A stretch of DNA of 64,000 nucleotides from Treponema sp. (GCA_017449285.1 JAFSJX010000105.1:112687-176686); one strand, 5' to 3'. Shown: positions 32,775 to 43,152, numbered from the stretch's first letter. Numbers and translations are program-made. The notes: a model not told the origin generated them from the letters alone.

Positions 32775-35051
32775 ATGAAAAAACACACTGCCAAAATACT
32801 CGTATGTGGTATATTGCTCATTTTTACATTATTTGCCTGTAAAGAGGCCGACACAGAATACATCTACAGAAACACATTCACGGTCTCATTCGATGCCAAC
32901 GGCGGTTCCGGGAAAATGGAATCGCAGACCTTCGAGCAGGAAAAAAGCCAGAACCTCAGCAAGAACAATTTTACTTCGCCTCAAAGCGGAAAGGTTTTCG
33001 CCGGCTGGGTCAAGGACACTGACTCAAAAACCGCCGACTACACGGACGGACAATCCATCACGGTCGGGAAAAACCTTACGCTGTACGCCCTGTGGCTTGC
33101 AAAAGAAGGTGACGGCACCGCAAGCGAAACAAAAGGCTGGTGGGGAAAAAGCGACACATTTGAAGGCTACGGCTTTAACACCTACCGAGATACTAGGACA
33201 AAGCCCGGCGATGACTTTTATACGTATTCACTTGGCTCTTGGCTAGACGACCCTAATGGCGTTGGCGTATGGAAAAAAACTGATATCGGTAAAGCCACCA
33301 ATAAAGACGATGGTGGTGCCATATTCAATCAAGATACAGTCTGCACGAAGATTAAAGATGATTTTCTGGCTGGTGAAGCGACCATGCCTTTTAACCTTAA
33401 AAATTTCTTGTCAGAGGCTCAAACTGAACAAATCAATCGAAAAGAAACGCTCAAAACTCATTTTGAAAAAATTGGTGCAATAACGACGCGCGATGATTTC
33501 TTTGACACCTTTGCGGAATACTTTCTGACTGATGCGCTTGCCCTTTATGTATCGGCAGATTATAAACGCAGGACAAAGGAACATGTACTTACTTGCGCTG
33601 GCATAAACAAATTTACTTACGCTTTAAGAACAATGAAACTGTATAGTTTCCGAAGTGATATACTGAGCTTTGAAATCATTGTCAAATTATATGAAGAATT
33701 TGCGGATTGCACGGAAAAAATCGAAGTCTTAAAAGATATTATTGGCGAAGAGAATACCGATGCATACGCAAGAGCTTTTATTGAAATCTGCAAGGAACTG
33801 GATGCTTTTCCTGATGACGTCGCAAATTCCGGCAATGATGACTTTGGGCAGAAACTTTTGGAAAAGGTAAATGAATTAACAGCACAGAGTTTCAGCGGAT
33901 TCACCAATTATGAGCATACATTCTTCAATCTTCTGTTCAACGACACCAGTTCCGTCTTCTCGGGCGAAAATTCAAAAAGATTTTTTCAGATGCTGTTCCT
34001 GCTCGCCGCGTATGATGTCTACCAAAAAGACTCATTAAAAAGCATGTTGCTCTACCGCCCTGCCTTGCTGAAATATTTTGTTGACACCTACGATAGCGAC
34101 GGCAAAAACAAAAAATATGTCAGCGACATGTGTGAGGAATTCCGTAATAAATTCATTGAGCGAATCGAAAAAAACACCTGGATGAGCGTAAGTTCAAAAA
34201 AAGCCGCACAAACAAAGGCCGAGAAAATGCTTTTTATATGTGGTTATCCTGCAAAAATTCCTGACACTTCAAATATTTCCTCTACAAAAACAGATTTTCT
34301 TGACAAATACATTGACTTATACAAGCAGGTCTTTGTGACGATTATTAATGCTTTTTTTGACACACAAGAAGAAGTTGAAAAGATTACCTATGTCCAAATG
34401 CTAGATCGGGATATTTTGGACTCAAATGCACTCTACCGTCCTGAAACAAATACGGTAACGATTCTCCCATCAAACCTTATTGACCCCATCTGCAACACAG
34501 ATTATGCCGATGCATACAACTATTCTGGCATCGGCGCGGCAACAATCGGTCATGAACTGTGCCATGCCTTTGACGCGGAAGGCTCGAAGCGCGATGAATA
34601 TGGAAACAAACGGAATTGGTGGACGGTATCTGACAAATTGCACTATGATGATAAAAAACATGAGATGACAGTTCTTTTCAATATGTTCACGACCCCTGAA
34701 TCTGCAACAAGCATAAATGGAGAGGTAACGCTCGCCGAAAACATGGCTGACTATGGCGGACTTGCCGTTGCCTATGATTTGTTTGTCGAAAAGAAAATCA
34801 AAGAAGGCTTTGGCGGCGAAAAGCTGCGCGAGCAAAAAAAGATGTTCTTTCAGTCATTTGCAATCGCATGGTCAGAAACGTCCACAGATACAGATATGGT
34901 AAACCTGATTAAAAGCGGAGATGAGCATGCACCACCATACTTCCGCGTAAACGGAACTGTCTGCCAGTTTGACGAATGGTATGATTTGTACAATGTCCAA
35001 AGAGGAGACCGCTACTACCTTGAACCAGGGCAGCGTATAATTCTGTGGTAA
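32775..35051 (+). CDS. M13-family zinc metallopeptidase lipoprotein (PepO/neprilysin-like) with N-terminal Listeria-Bacteroides repeat
   Basis: Lipobox LFAC, repeat FTVSFDANGGSG...FAGW, zinc motif HELCHAF, and ENMADYGG (M13 ENxADxGG). Confidence 0.85.
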   Translation: MKKHTAKILVCGILLIFTLFACKEADTEYIYRNTFTVSFDANGGSGKMESQTFEQEKSQNLSKNNFTSPQSGKVFAGWVKDTDSKTADYTDGQSITVGKNLTLYALWLAKEGDGTASETKGWWGKSDTFEGYGFNTYRDTRTKPGDDFYTYSLGSWLDDPNGVGVWKKTDIGKATNKDDGGAIFNQDTVCTKIKDDFLAGEATMPFNLKNFLSEAQTEQINRKETLKTHFEKIGAITTRDDFFDTFAEYFLTDALALYVSADYKRRTKEHVLTCAGINKFTYALRTMKLYSFRSDILSFEIIVKLYEEFADCTEKIEVLKDIIGEENTDAYARAFIEICKELDAFPDDVANSGNDDFGQKLLEKVNELTAQSFSGFTNYEHTFFNLLFNDTSSVFSGENSKRFFQMLFLLAAYDVYQKDSLKSMLLYRPALLKYFVDTYDSDGKNKKYVSDMCEEFRNKFIERIEKNTWMSVSSKKAAQTKAEKMLFICGYPAKIPDTSNISSTKTDFLDKYIDLYKQVFVTIINAFFDTQEEVEKITYVQMLDRDILDSNALYRPETNTVTILPSNLIDPICNTDYADAYNYSGIGAATIGHELCHAFDAEGSKRDEYGNKRNWWTVSDKLHYDDKKHEMTVLFNMFTTPESATSINGEVTLAENMADYGGLAVAYDLFVEKKIKEGFGGEKLREQKKMFFQSFAIAWSETSTDTDMVNLIKSGDEHAPPYFRVNGTVCQFDEWYDLYNVQRGDRYYLEPGQRIILW

Positions 35052-35064
35052 AGCGAGCAGAAAA

Positions 35065-36237
35065 CTATCCTTCTTTTCCGTAGCGGATGCGCGGGTCTAC
35101 GATGGCAAGCAGAATGTCAGAAATTGCCATGCCCGCAAGGACGAGCGCGCTGATGAACATATTGTTCGCAAGGACAAGGTTTACGTCCTGCTGCATGACC
35201 GCATCGTACATAAGGCGTCCGATTCCGGGATAGGCGAAGATGATTTCCAGCACGAGCGAGCCGGAGAACAGGCTTGCCAAAAGGTTCGCGCTCCCGGTGA
35301 TGTAGGGATTTAAGGTGTTGCGGAAGGCGTGGTTCAGGTAGACGCGGCGTTCCGAGATGCCCCGCGCACGGAGAGCCATGATGTAAGGCATCCCCATCTG
35401 GTCAAGCATGGTAGAACGAATCATGCGCATGGTACCGCCGATGCCGCCCAGAAAAGATGCGAGAAGTGGCAAAAACACGTGGTAAGAATAACTGAACACA
35501 AAGCGCGCGGGGGCTTCGCCAATCGGGAAGTCGGGATAGGCGGTGACGGGAAACAAGCCCGAACCAGACGCGAACAATTGCAGCAAAATCAAAAGCAGGA
35601 TGCCAGGGAATGCGTGGAAAAAGAGCGCGAAAAAAGTCGCCGCCACGTCCAGCCGCGTACCTGCCTTGCTTGAAAAATACACGCCGAGCAAAAACGAAAA
35701 AATGGTGATAAAAATGAGCGAAATGACGTTCAGCACGAGGGAATTGACGATGCGCGAACGGATAAGAAAACTGACCGGGGCTTTGCTGATAAGCGACACG
35801 CCCAAATCGTGGTGGACAAGCACGCGGTTGAGCCATTTAAAATACTGAATCGTAAACGGCTGGTCGAGTCCCATTTCGGCGCGCATCTTTGCCAGTTGCT
35901 CTTCGCTGAACACATCGTTGCGGTTTCCGCTGCCGCCTGTATGCGCATTGCCCGTCTGCGTGAGCAACTGCTGCTGCATCATCTGGTCTACGATGTCGCC
36001 GGGGGCGAGTGCCATAAGACCGAACAATGCCCAGCCCAAAATGAACAGGATGACCGTCATGGTGAGGATACGCCCCGTAATGAATGAGCCAAGAGGAAAT
36101 TTATTTTTGAAGATGCGCCAGGGCATGGAACACCGCCGCAAGGCGTTCTGGAGCGAGCGCAAGAGAGCGGAAGAATGAGCGTTAGCGAAGTGTGAAACGC
36201 CCGACCCTGCAAGGGTGGCGCCCGAATTTTCGTTCAT
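35065..36237 (-). CDS. Oligopeptide ABC permease (OppB-like)
   Basis: BPD-transporter permease sequence. The ATG at 36237 is 6 nt after TGTGCTATACT. An alternative start at 36126 (MPWRIFKNKF) would exclude the repeat-derived N-terminal 37 aa. Confidence 0.75.
   Translation of the reverse strand: MNENSGATLAGSGVSHFANAHSSALLRSLQNALRRCSMPWRIFKNKFPLGSFITGRILTMTVILFILGWALFGLMALAPGDIVDQMMQQQLLTQTGNAHTGGSGNRNDVFSEEQLAKMRAEMGLDQPFTIQYFKWLNRVLVHHDLGVSLISKAPVSFLIRSRIVNSLVLNVISLIFITIFSFLLGVYFSSKAGTRLDVAATFFALFFHAFPGILLLILLQLFASGSGLFPVTAYPDFPIGEAPARFVFSYSYHVFLPLLASFLGGIGGTMRMIRSTMLDQMGMPYIMALRARGISERRVYLNHAFRNTLNPYITGSANLLASLFSGSLVLEIIFAYPGIGRLMYDAVMQQDVNLVLANNMFISALVLAGMAISDILLAIVDPRIRYGKEG
36157..36223 (-). 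repeat. GC-rich dispersed repeat, copy c (within the 5' end or leader of OppB)
   Basis: aatgagcgttagcgaag matches aatgagcgtgagcgaag of copy a (reverse complement) at 16/17. It also shares the gcgcaag and cgccc blocks. Confidence 0.6.
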
Positions 36238-36243
36238 AGGAAA

Positions 36244-36254
36244 AGTATAGCACA
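36244..36254 (-). promoter_or_regulatory. Extended -10 box TGTGCTATACT upstream of OppB
   Basis: Identical 11-mer to those at 17094 and 32610. Confidence 0.45.
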
Positions 36255-36317
36255 AAAGAGTTGCGGGTCAAGCACAATAATGACAGATTCGCCGTTGAGT
36301 TTTTCGGGAAACCGCTT

Positions 36318-36323
36318 TATAAT
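36318..36323 (+). promoter_or_regulatory. -10 box TATAAT, 6 nt upstream of the sensor-cyclase ATG
   Basis: ctttataat agaaga ATG (36330), with no SD. Confidence 0.45.
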
Positions 36324-36329
36324 AGAAGA

Positions 36330-39300
36330 ATGAAAAAAATTGCTCTGTTTTTGGCGGGTTTGATTTGGGCGCAGATGGCGGTCGCGCAGGAGTCTTTTTT
36401 TGACAACTATGTGTACCAAATGTGGAATTCGTTTGGAAGCCTGAGCGGAACAACGGCAACGGATATTCTTCAGACAAAAGATGGCTACATCAACATCGGT
36501 ACGTATGAGGGACTGGTAAAATTTGACGGCGTTGCGTTCAATGCATTCAAGCGGACAAAAGACAATGATTTGAAATTTGTTTCTGTGCGCGCAATTCTGG
36601 AAGATTCACGGGGCAATCTTTGGGTCGGCTCAAATGACGAAGGCGTTCAGAAAATTTCGCTGGATGACAATAACAAGCATTATTCGACGCAAAACGGTCT
36701 TCCAAACAATTCGGTGCGCGCGCTTGCGGAGGACAAAAAAGGAAATATCTGGATTGGCACTGCGGCTGGCGTGGTCTACTTGACTCCCGAAGGACGTATG
36801 ATTACGCCGCAGTTTGAGGCGGGAACGGTTTCCAAGGGAATTATTGCGACTCATCTGTACTGCGATACTGCGGGAAGAATCTGGCTTTTGACGGCGAATG
36901 AGCGCGGGCTGTTTTTGTTTAACGACGGAATTTTCCGCACACGACCTGAACTTGACCAATTCGGCACTTATTTTGCGACCTCAATTTGTCAGGACTTGCG
37001 GGGAAGATATTGGATTGGTCTGGGGGACATGGGAATTGTCCGCGTCTACAACGGAGTGGTCGAAAAACTCACTTCCGGCACGGTGATGGATTTTGTTCCC
37101 ACAACGGCAAGTCACCTCGACCCCAATGGCACGCTCTGGTTCGGTACGGAACGGGGGCTTGTCGTTTACAACAACGGAAAATTCTACGAATACAAAGGCG
37201 CATCGCTTGCCATCGCAAACATCAACAAAATCATCTGCGACCGCGAAGGAAACATGTGGTTTGCCACGGACAGAAGCGGCATCGGAAAACTGACCAACAG
37301 CAAGTTCAAGATGATTAAGATGGTATCTTCCGTAAACAGCATTACCGAAGACCGAAGCGGAAAAATCTGGGTGGGAACGGACAAAGGCGTTCGGTGCTAC
37401 CAGAATGACAAGGAGATAACCAACCCGCTGACCGAATACACCAAGGGCATCCGCATCAGGGACGTGCAGGCGACGAAGAACGGCGATGTGCTGGTAAGCT
37501 GCTACACAAAGCCAGGACAACTGCGGTATTCTCGGAGCGGAATCAAAAATTGGACGACTGACAACGGACTTGCGGGAAACAAAGTGCGTGTGGCGATTGA
37601 GACAAAACCAGGCGAACTATACGTAGGAACAACGACGGGACTAAGCATCATCCATGCGGACGGAAGCATAAAAAATTTCAAGCAAGCTGACGGTCTGATA
37701 AACGAATATGTGATGGCTCTGTATCAGGACACGAATGACATCATCTGGATTGGCACGGACGGTGACGGCATTTATCTGATGCAGGACGAGCAGATTCTTT
37801 CGCACATCACTTCGGAAAACGGACTTGCGGGAAACGTCATATTCAAAATCACGCAGGATATGGACGGCGCATTCTGGATTTGCAGTGGCTCAGGCATAAC
37901 CCGTTGCTCCGGATTCAACAGCAAGACGGGCATTCCCACGGTGTTTGAGAACATTGATTCGGAGCAGGGAATCGGCACGGACTCCGTCTTTCAAATTCTT
38001 GCGGACAACGGAAACAATCTGTGGATGATAAGCAATCATGGCATCTCATCTTCTCCGTTCAAGGAAGTGCTGGATGCGGCGGGCGGAAAAATCGACACGA
38101 TAAACGTCAAATATTACAACAAGAACGACGGACTTGATTCTGACGGGCCGACTTCCACGGCAAAAAGCATTACCGACAAATACGGCAGATTGTGGTTCAC
38201 CATGGTTGACGGCATCGCAATCTACGACCCTGTGCGCGTATTTGAGAATCCCGTTATGCCGCTGGTTCACATTGAAAAAGTGACGGTGGACAACAAACTG
38301 TATACCAACACGACAAAAGCCATCACGCTGAAGCCGGGAACAAAACGCGTGGAGATTAAATTTACCGGACTAAGTTTTGACGCGCCGGAGCGGATTCAGT
38401 TTACGCACAAGATGACCAACTTTGAGGATGAATTCAGCGCGCCAAGTTCTGAGCGGACGCTTTCTTACACGAACCTGAATCCAGGGAAGCATACGTTTCT
38501 GGTCAATGCGATTAACGGAGACGGTTTTTATTCGGAGCAGGCGGAGGCAATGCTGTTCGTGCAGAAGCCCTACTTCTATCAGATGCCGCTTTTTTGGATT
38601 GTCAGCATTCTTCTGGGGCTTAGCGGTATTTTTGCTGTGTTCTATCTGAAACAGCGGGCAATGCGCATGGAGAACATTCGTCTGGAAAATATGGTGCAGC
38701 AGCGGACAAGTGAACTTGCGCAGGAAAAAGATAAGGCTGACCGTCTGGTGCGTGCTATTCTGCCAGATAAAATTGTGGACGAACTAAAAGGCGAAATTCA
38801 TTCCATCGGCGAGAATTTTGACGATGTTACCCTGCTCTTTTCCGACATCGTTGGTTTTACAAAAACTTCAAGCGGTCACACGGCGGCGGAAATTGTCGGT
38901 GCGCTCAACGATTTGTTCAGCCGTTTTGATGAACGGGCAAAGCGGATGGGCGTGGAAAAAATCAAGACGATTGGTGACGCATACATGGCTGCCTGCGGAA
39001 TTCCTACGCCGAACAAAAATCATGCGCAAATAATGGTAGATTTCGCAAAAGGTATGTATGAGGATTTGACAGAATACAATAAAAAGGCGACAATTACATT
39101 CAAGCTGAGAATCGGTCTGAACTGCGGTCCGGTTACGGCGGGTGTTATCGGAAAAACAAAATTCATCTACGATGTGTGGGGAAACACCGTAAATGTGGCA
39201 AGCCGTATGGAGACAGCCTGTACGGTAGGCAGAATTCGTGTTTCGGAGGCGGTGCGACAGCATCTGCTTGAAAGTGACGTGAAATTCAGCGAGCCAATCG

Positions 39301-39350
39301 AATGTGACGTAAAAGGAAAAGGTCTGATGACCACCTATGATATTTTGTAA
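36330..39350 (+). CDS. Periplasmic beta-propeller (Reg_prop/Y_Y_Y-type) sensor fused to a class III adenylate/guanylate cyclase
   Basis: Signal peptide MKKIALFLAGLIWAQ. Repeated GLPNN.V..L..D..G.IWIGT propeller blades, one TM segment, and a cyclase domain (VTLLFSDIVGFT, KTIGDAYMAA, DVWGNTVNVASRME). Confidence 0.85.
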   Translation: MKKIALFLAGLIWAQMAVAQESFFDNYVYQMWNSFGSLSGTTATDILQTKDGYINIGTYEGLVKFDGVAFNAFKRTKDNDLKFVSVRAILEDSRGNLWVGSNDEGVQKISLDDNNKHYSTQNGLPNNSVRALAEDKKGNIWIGTAAGVVYLTPEGRMITPQFEAGTVSKGIIATHLYCDTAGRIWLLTANERGLFLFNDGIFRTRPELDQFGTYFATSICQDLRGRYWIGLGDMGIVRVYNGVVEKLTSGTVMDFVPTTASHLDPNGTLWFGTERGLVVYNNGKFYEYKGASLAIANINKIICDREGNMWFATDRSGIGKLTNSKFKMIKMVSSVNSITEDRSGKIWVGTDKGVRCYQNDKEITNPLTEYTKGIRIRDVQATKNGDVLVSCYTKPGQLRYSRSGIKNWTTDNGLAGNKVRVAIETKPGELYVGTTTGLSIIHADGSIKNFKQADGLINEYVMALYQDTNDIIWIGTDGDGIYLMQDEQILSHITSENGLAGNVIFKITQDMDGAFWICSGSGITRCSGFNSKTGIPTVFENIDSEQGIGTDSVFQILADNGNNLWMISNHGISSSPFKEVLDAAGGKIDTINVKYYNKNDGLDSDGPTSTAKSITDKYGRLWFTMVDGIAIYDPVRVFENPVMPLVHIEKVTVDNKLYTNTTKAITLKPGTKRVEIKFTGLSFDAPERIQFTHKMTNFEDEFSAPSSERTLSYTNLNPGKHTFLVNAINGDGFYSEQAEAMLFVQKPYFYQMPLFWIVSILLGLSGIFAVFYLKQRAMRMENIRLENMVQQRTSELAQEKDKADRLVRAILPDKIVDELKGEIHSIGENFDDVTLLFSDIVGFTKTSSGHTAAEIVGALNDLFSRFDERAKRMGVEKIKTIGDAYMAACGIPTPNKNHAQIMVDFAKGMYEDLTEYNKKATITFKLRIGLNCGPVTAGVIGKTKFIYDVWGNTVNVASRMETACTVGRIRVSEAVRQHLLESDVKFSEPIECDVKGKGLMTTYDIL

Positions 39351-39361
39351 GGGGATAAAAA

Positions 39362-40552
39362 ATGAAAAAATCTGTAATTGGATGTATGGCGGCTGGCGCA
39401 ATCGCAGTCTTGCTGTGTGCGTGTGGCGGAAAAAAAGATGCGAACACCGTAAAAGTTGGCATTCTCCATTCGCTGACGGGAACAATGGCAATAAGCGAAT
39501 CTTCCGTACGCGACTCGGAACTGCTTGCGATAAAAGAAATCAATGAGGCTGGCGGTGTTTTGGGCAAACAGATTAAGGTTGTGGAAGAGGATGGCGAAAG
39601 TGACCCTGCGACCTTTGCAGAAAAAGCCCGGAAACTCCTGCAGGACGACAAAGTGGTTACGGTATTCGGCTGTTGGACTTCTGCCTCGCGCAAAGCGGTC
39701 AAACCTGTGTTTGAAGAATTGTACGGTCTTTTGTGGTATCCCGTGCAGTATGAAGGCATGGAAGCAAGCCCGAACATCATGTACATGGGGGCGTCTCCAA
39801 ATCAGCAGGTCGTTCCGGCGGTAGATTACTGCGCGGAGCATTTTGGGAAAAAAATGTATCTGCTTGGAAGCGATTACGTATTCCCGCGAACAGCAAACAG
39901 AATCGTCAAGGCGCAACTTGCGCAATTGGGTGGCGAATGTGTCAGTGAAAGATATGTTCCGATGGGACATCAGGATTTTTCTACCATCATCGAGGACATA
40001 AAAACGGAAAAGCCGTCGGTCATTCTTAACACACTCAACGGAGATTCAAACATCGCATTCTTCCAGCAACTGACAAAAGCCGGAATCACCTCAAAGCAAA
40101 TTCCAGTGATGAGTTTTTCCATCGCAGAGGAAGAGGCAAACATTATCGGCGCAAAAAATTTGGCGGGTCATCTGGTGGCATGGAATTATTACGAGACCAC
40201 GGAAACTGACCGCAACGAAAAATTTGTCGCCGACTACAAGAAAACGTATGGTTCAGACCGTTTTACCGGCGACCCGATTGAAGCAGGCTATATCGCCGTG
40301 TATATGTGGGCGGCTGCCTGCGAAAAGGCCGGAAGTTTTGACGTAGAGGATGTGCGCGTCGCCGCAAAGGGAATCAGTTTTACCGCGCCCGAAGGAACCG
40401 TTACCATTGACGGCGGAAACCAGCATCTGTACAAGCAGGTACGCATCGGAAAAATCAACGAAAACGGACTGATTGACGAAATTTGGGCGACTTCTGGTGC
40501 GGTTAAGCCAGATCCCTATTTGAGTACCTACGCATGGGCGCGGGGACTGTAA
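39362..40552 (+). CDS. UrtA/AmiC-type (urea/short amide) periplasmic binding lipoprotein, orphan
   Basis: Lipobox LLCAC. Blocks [51 protein letters not shown] and AWNYYE are as I recall for UrtA. No permease or ATPase genes are adjacent. Confidence 0.75.
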   Translation: MKKSVIGCMAAGAIAVLLCACGGKKDANTVKVGILHSLTGTMAISESSVRDSELLAIKEINEAGGVLGKQIKVVEEDGESDPATFAEKARKLLQDDKVVTVFGCWTSASRKAVKPVFEELYGLLWYPVQYEGMEASPNIMYMGASPNQQVVPAVDYCAEHFGKKMYLLGSDYVFPRTANRIVKAQLAQLGGECVSERYVPMGHQDFSTIIEDIKTEKPSVILNTLNGDSNIAFFQQLTKAGITSKQIPVMSFSIAEEEANIIGAKNLAGHLVAWNYYETTETDRNEKFVADYKKTYGSDRFTGDPIEAGYIAVYMWAAACEKAGSFDVEDVRVAAKGISFTAPEGTVTIDGGNQHLYKQVRIGKINENGLIDEIWATSGAVKPDPYLSTYAWARGL

Positions 40553-40665
40553 CAATCTGATTCTGCAAAAAAAAAAGGCTGCCTAAAAATTAGACAGCCC
40601 TTGCAGAAGAATCCTGCCACTCTCCAACGCCAGCATGATAATTCATCTTAATACAATAAATTATA

Positions 40666-40675
40666 CCCCCCCCCC
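40666..40675 (+). repeat. Poly-C tract (10 C)
   Basis: Homopolymer about 45 nt upstream of the predicted -35 of the LuxR-type gene. Confidence 0.9.
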
Positions 40676-40720
40676 TCTAAAAAGTACACTCCCCAATCGG
40701 GTAGTTTTTTCAAGAAAATT

Positions 40721-40748
40721 TTACAAACAAAGCGAGCTGTGCTATAAT
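40721..40748 (+). promoter_or_regulatory. Promoter of the MalT/LuxR-type regulator
   Basis: TTACAA, 16 nt, TGTGCTATAAT. Confidence 0.45.
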
Positions 40749-40779
40749 AGAGTTCAGTCTTTTTAGACGTAAAAAAGTG

Positions 40780-43152
40780 ATGGTTTCAACTGATTATATA
40801 AAACCGCAAAACGCATGGAATCTGCTCGCAGAAGCAAAACGGCAGAATAATCCTGTCTACATCTATGGTATGTCGCTGTACGGAAAAACGGAATTGATTC
40901 GGCAATTTTTTAAGAATAAGACGTACCTGTATTTTTCTTCGGATATTGACAGCAAGAACATTCAGCCGCTCAATGAAAAATTCGCCCGAAAGACTCCCCT
41001 GCCCGTTGTGTTCGATGACCTGCAATTTGTTACCGACATTGAAAAACAAAATATGATTCTTCGGATTGCAGACAGGAATGACGTTCAGCCGATTTTTATT
41101 TCCCGTGCGCCGATATTGGGCTGGCTCATACCCAAATACACCCGGCAGAATACGACGTTCATCTCCGAAAGAGACCTTTCCCTGACCAATGAGCAGATAC
41201 AACGCTATCTTTCCGACAAGGGCATTCACGCTACTATGGATCAGATTGAGCAACATAATGAAATCGTGCAGGGAAATGCCTATGCCGTCAAACTGATTGC
41301 AGGACGGCTTCAGACAGACCCCGACAGGTACGCGCTTCATTCCTATCTGTACGAAATCATTACGTACAATACGTTGCACCACGTCATGCGCCAATGGCCA
41401 GAAGAACTGAAAAATTTTGTCATCGTGATGAGCATTCCCGATTCTTTTTCGCTGGAACTGGCGGAATATCTTACGGAAAATCCGTTTTCCTCTGCCCTTA
41501 TCGAGAGGCTTCTGAGCATCGACAATTTTATGGAAAAAGACGGCGGTGAATATACGTTCCGCTTTGTCGTGCGCAACTCATTTCGTTATCAGGCACAAAT
41601 TTCGTTTGGAAGCGAAAAATTCCGTCAGATTGCATTTCGGGCGGCTCAGTGGTATGAAGGTCACAGCGAACTGGAAAAAGCGATGACGTTGTACCAGAAA
41701 ACAGGAAACCGAAACCACATCAAGCGGGTGCTGATTCAGAATTCGATGCAAAACCCGAGCAACGGACATTATTTTGGGCTTGCGCACTACTATTTTAATC
41801 TGTCGGAAGAAGAAATTGAGCAGGACATTTTTCTGATGAGCGGCATGAGCATGATGTGTTCACTTTCCGTCAAACAGGAGCAGAGCGAATACTGGTACGA
41901 AAAACTAAAATCGCGTATGCAGACGCTCAAAGGCACGGAAAAATCCGAGGCAGAACGACAACTTGCCTATCTTGACATCGCCCTTCCCCACCGTGGCAAT
42001 AAGGATTTTCTCGCCATCATAAAAAACATGGAAAATTCGCTGGTTGCGCGGGATATGGAACTGCCCGAATTCAGCGTGACCAACAACCAGCCTTCAATCA
42101 TAAATGGCGGCAAAGATTTCTGTGAATGGACATTGCACGATAGGGAGATTGCCTCCAAATACGGCGACCTTATCTCTCTTGCGATGGGAAAACACGGAAG
42201 ACCGCTGGTAAACCTTGTTCTTGCGGAAAGTCTTTTTGAAAAAGCGGACGATTACGTGGAAACGCTTTCCTTGCTCAGCCGTGGTCAACTTGAGACAGAA
42301 CTGAATGAAGACCTTGAGATGGGATTTGTCGCCACAGGGCTTTTGGTTCGTTTTTACCTTGCCCTTGGCCAGACAGAAACAGCCTTGCTGCAATATGCGT
42401 CTTTTGAAAAACGATGCGCCGAAAAGAACTGCACAAAACTGCTGCCGAACATGAGGGCACTTCACTGTCAGATTGATTTGTACCTTGGCGACCATACGGC
42501 AGTCGATGTGTGGCTCAAAAAATATGCCCCCGATGAAAACAAAGAGATTTTCACTTTGTTCCGATTTCAATACATGACCAAAATTCAGTGCTACATCAGC
42601 GAGGGGAAGAATTCCCTTGCATTTGCCCTAAACGAAAAAATGAAATGGTATGCGGAGCAATATCATCGTGTGTACATCGGACTTCAATGCGCTATTTTTT
42701 CTGCGATTCTTGCATACCGCAGGGCAGACGACAGCTGGAAAACAATATTGTGCGACGTGCTGAAAAAAAGCGAGGCATATCATTTTGTGACGATATTCAG
42801 CGGCGAAGGAGCCGTACTGCTTCCTCTTTTGCAAAAACTGAAAGGGAAAATTGCGGACAGCGCAGGAATTGACGACGCATACTTTACGAAAGTATTTGAA
42901 CACACGGAGCGGATGACATCGCTGTATCCAAAATATTGTCTTCCAAAAGTCACAACGCGCACCGATTTTTCCAAAAGCGCACGAACCATTCTCCGATTTC
43001 AAACGCAAGGTTTTTCTGTTACTGAAATCGCAGAGCGACTGGCAATGAAAACAGAGACCGTGCGCTACCACATCAAGCAGAACTACAAAAAATTAGGCGT
43101 AAGCTCCAAAAGCGAAGCCATTATCGCCGCACGAGAACTCTACCTGATTTAG
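40780..43152 (+). CDS. Large ATP-binding LuxR-family regulator (MalT-like)
   Basis: Walker A GMSLYGKT near the N-terminus, a long helical middle region, and a C-terminal LuxR HTH (GFSVTEIAERLAMKTETVRYHIKQNYKKLGV). Confidence 0.7.
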   Translation: MVSTDYIKPQNAWNLLAEAKRQNNPVYIYGMSLYGKTELIRQFFKNKTYLYFSSDIDSKNIQPLNEKFARKTPLPVVFDDLQFVTDIEKQNMILRIADRNDVQPIFISRAPILGWLIPKYTRQNTTFISERDLSLTNEQIQRYLSDKGIHATMDQIEQHNEIVQGNAYAVKLIAGRLQTDPDRYALHSYLYEIITYNTLHHVMRQWPEELKNFVIVMSIPDSFSLELAEYLTENPFSSALIERLLSIDNFMEKDGGEYTFRFVVRNSFRYQAQISFGSEKFRQIAFRAAQWYEGHSELEKAMTLYQKTGNRNHIKRVLIQNSMQNPSNGHYFGLAHYYFNLSEEEIEQDIFLMSGMSMMCSLSVKQEQSEYWYEKLKSRMQTLKGTEKSEAERQLAYLDIALPHRGNKDFLAIIKNMENSLVARDMELPEFSVTNNQPSIINGGKDFCEWTLHDREIASKYGDLISLAMGKHGRPLVNLVLAESLFEKADDYVETLSLLSRGQLETELNEDLEMGFVATGLLVRFYLALGQTETALLQYASFEKRCAEKNCTKLLPNMRALHCQIDLYLGDHTAVDVWLKKYAPDENKEIFTLFRFQYMTKIQCYISEGKNSLAFALNEKMKWYAEQYHRVYIGLQCAIFSAILAYRRADDSWKTILCDVLKKSEAYHFVTIFSGEGAVLLPLLQKLKGKIADSAGIDDAYFTKVFEHTERMTSLYPKYCLPKVTTRTDFSKSARTILRFQTQGFSVTEIAERLAMKTETVRYHIKQNYKKLGVSSKSEAIIAARELYLI

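Noticed and set aside
40577-40599. The hairpin after the UrtA-like gene as a rho-independent terminator.
   Set aside because: The stem (ggctgcctaa/ttagacagcc, one mismatch) is followed by no T-run on the plus strand, so the call is too weak to list as a feature.
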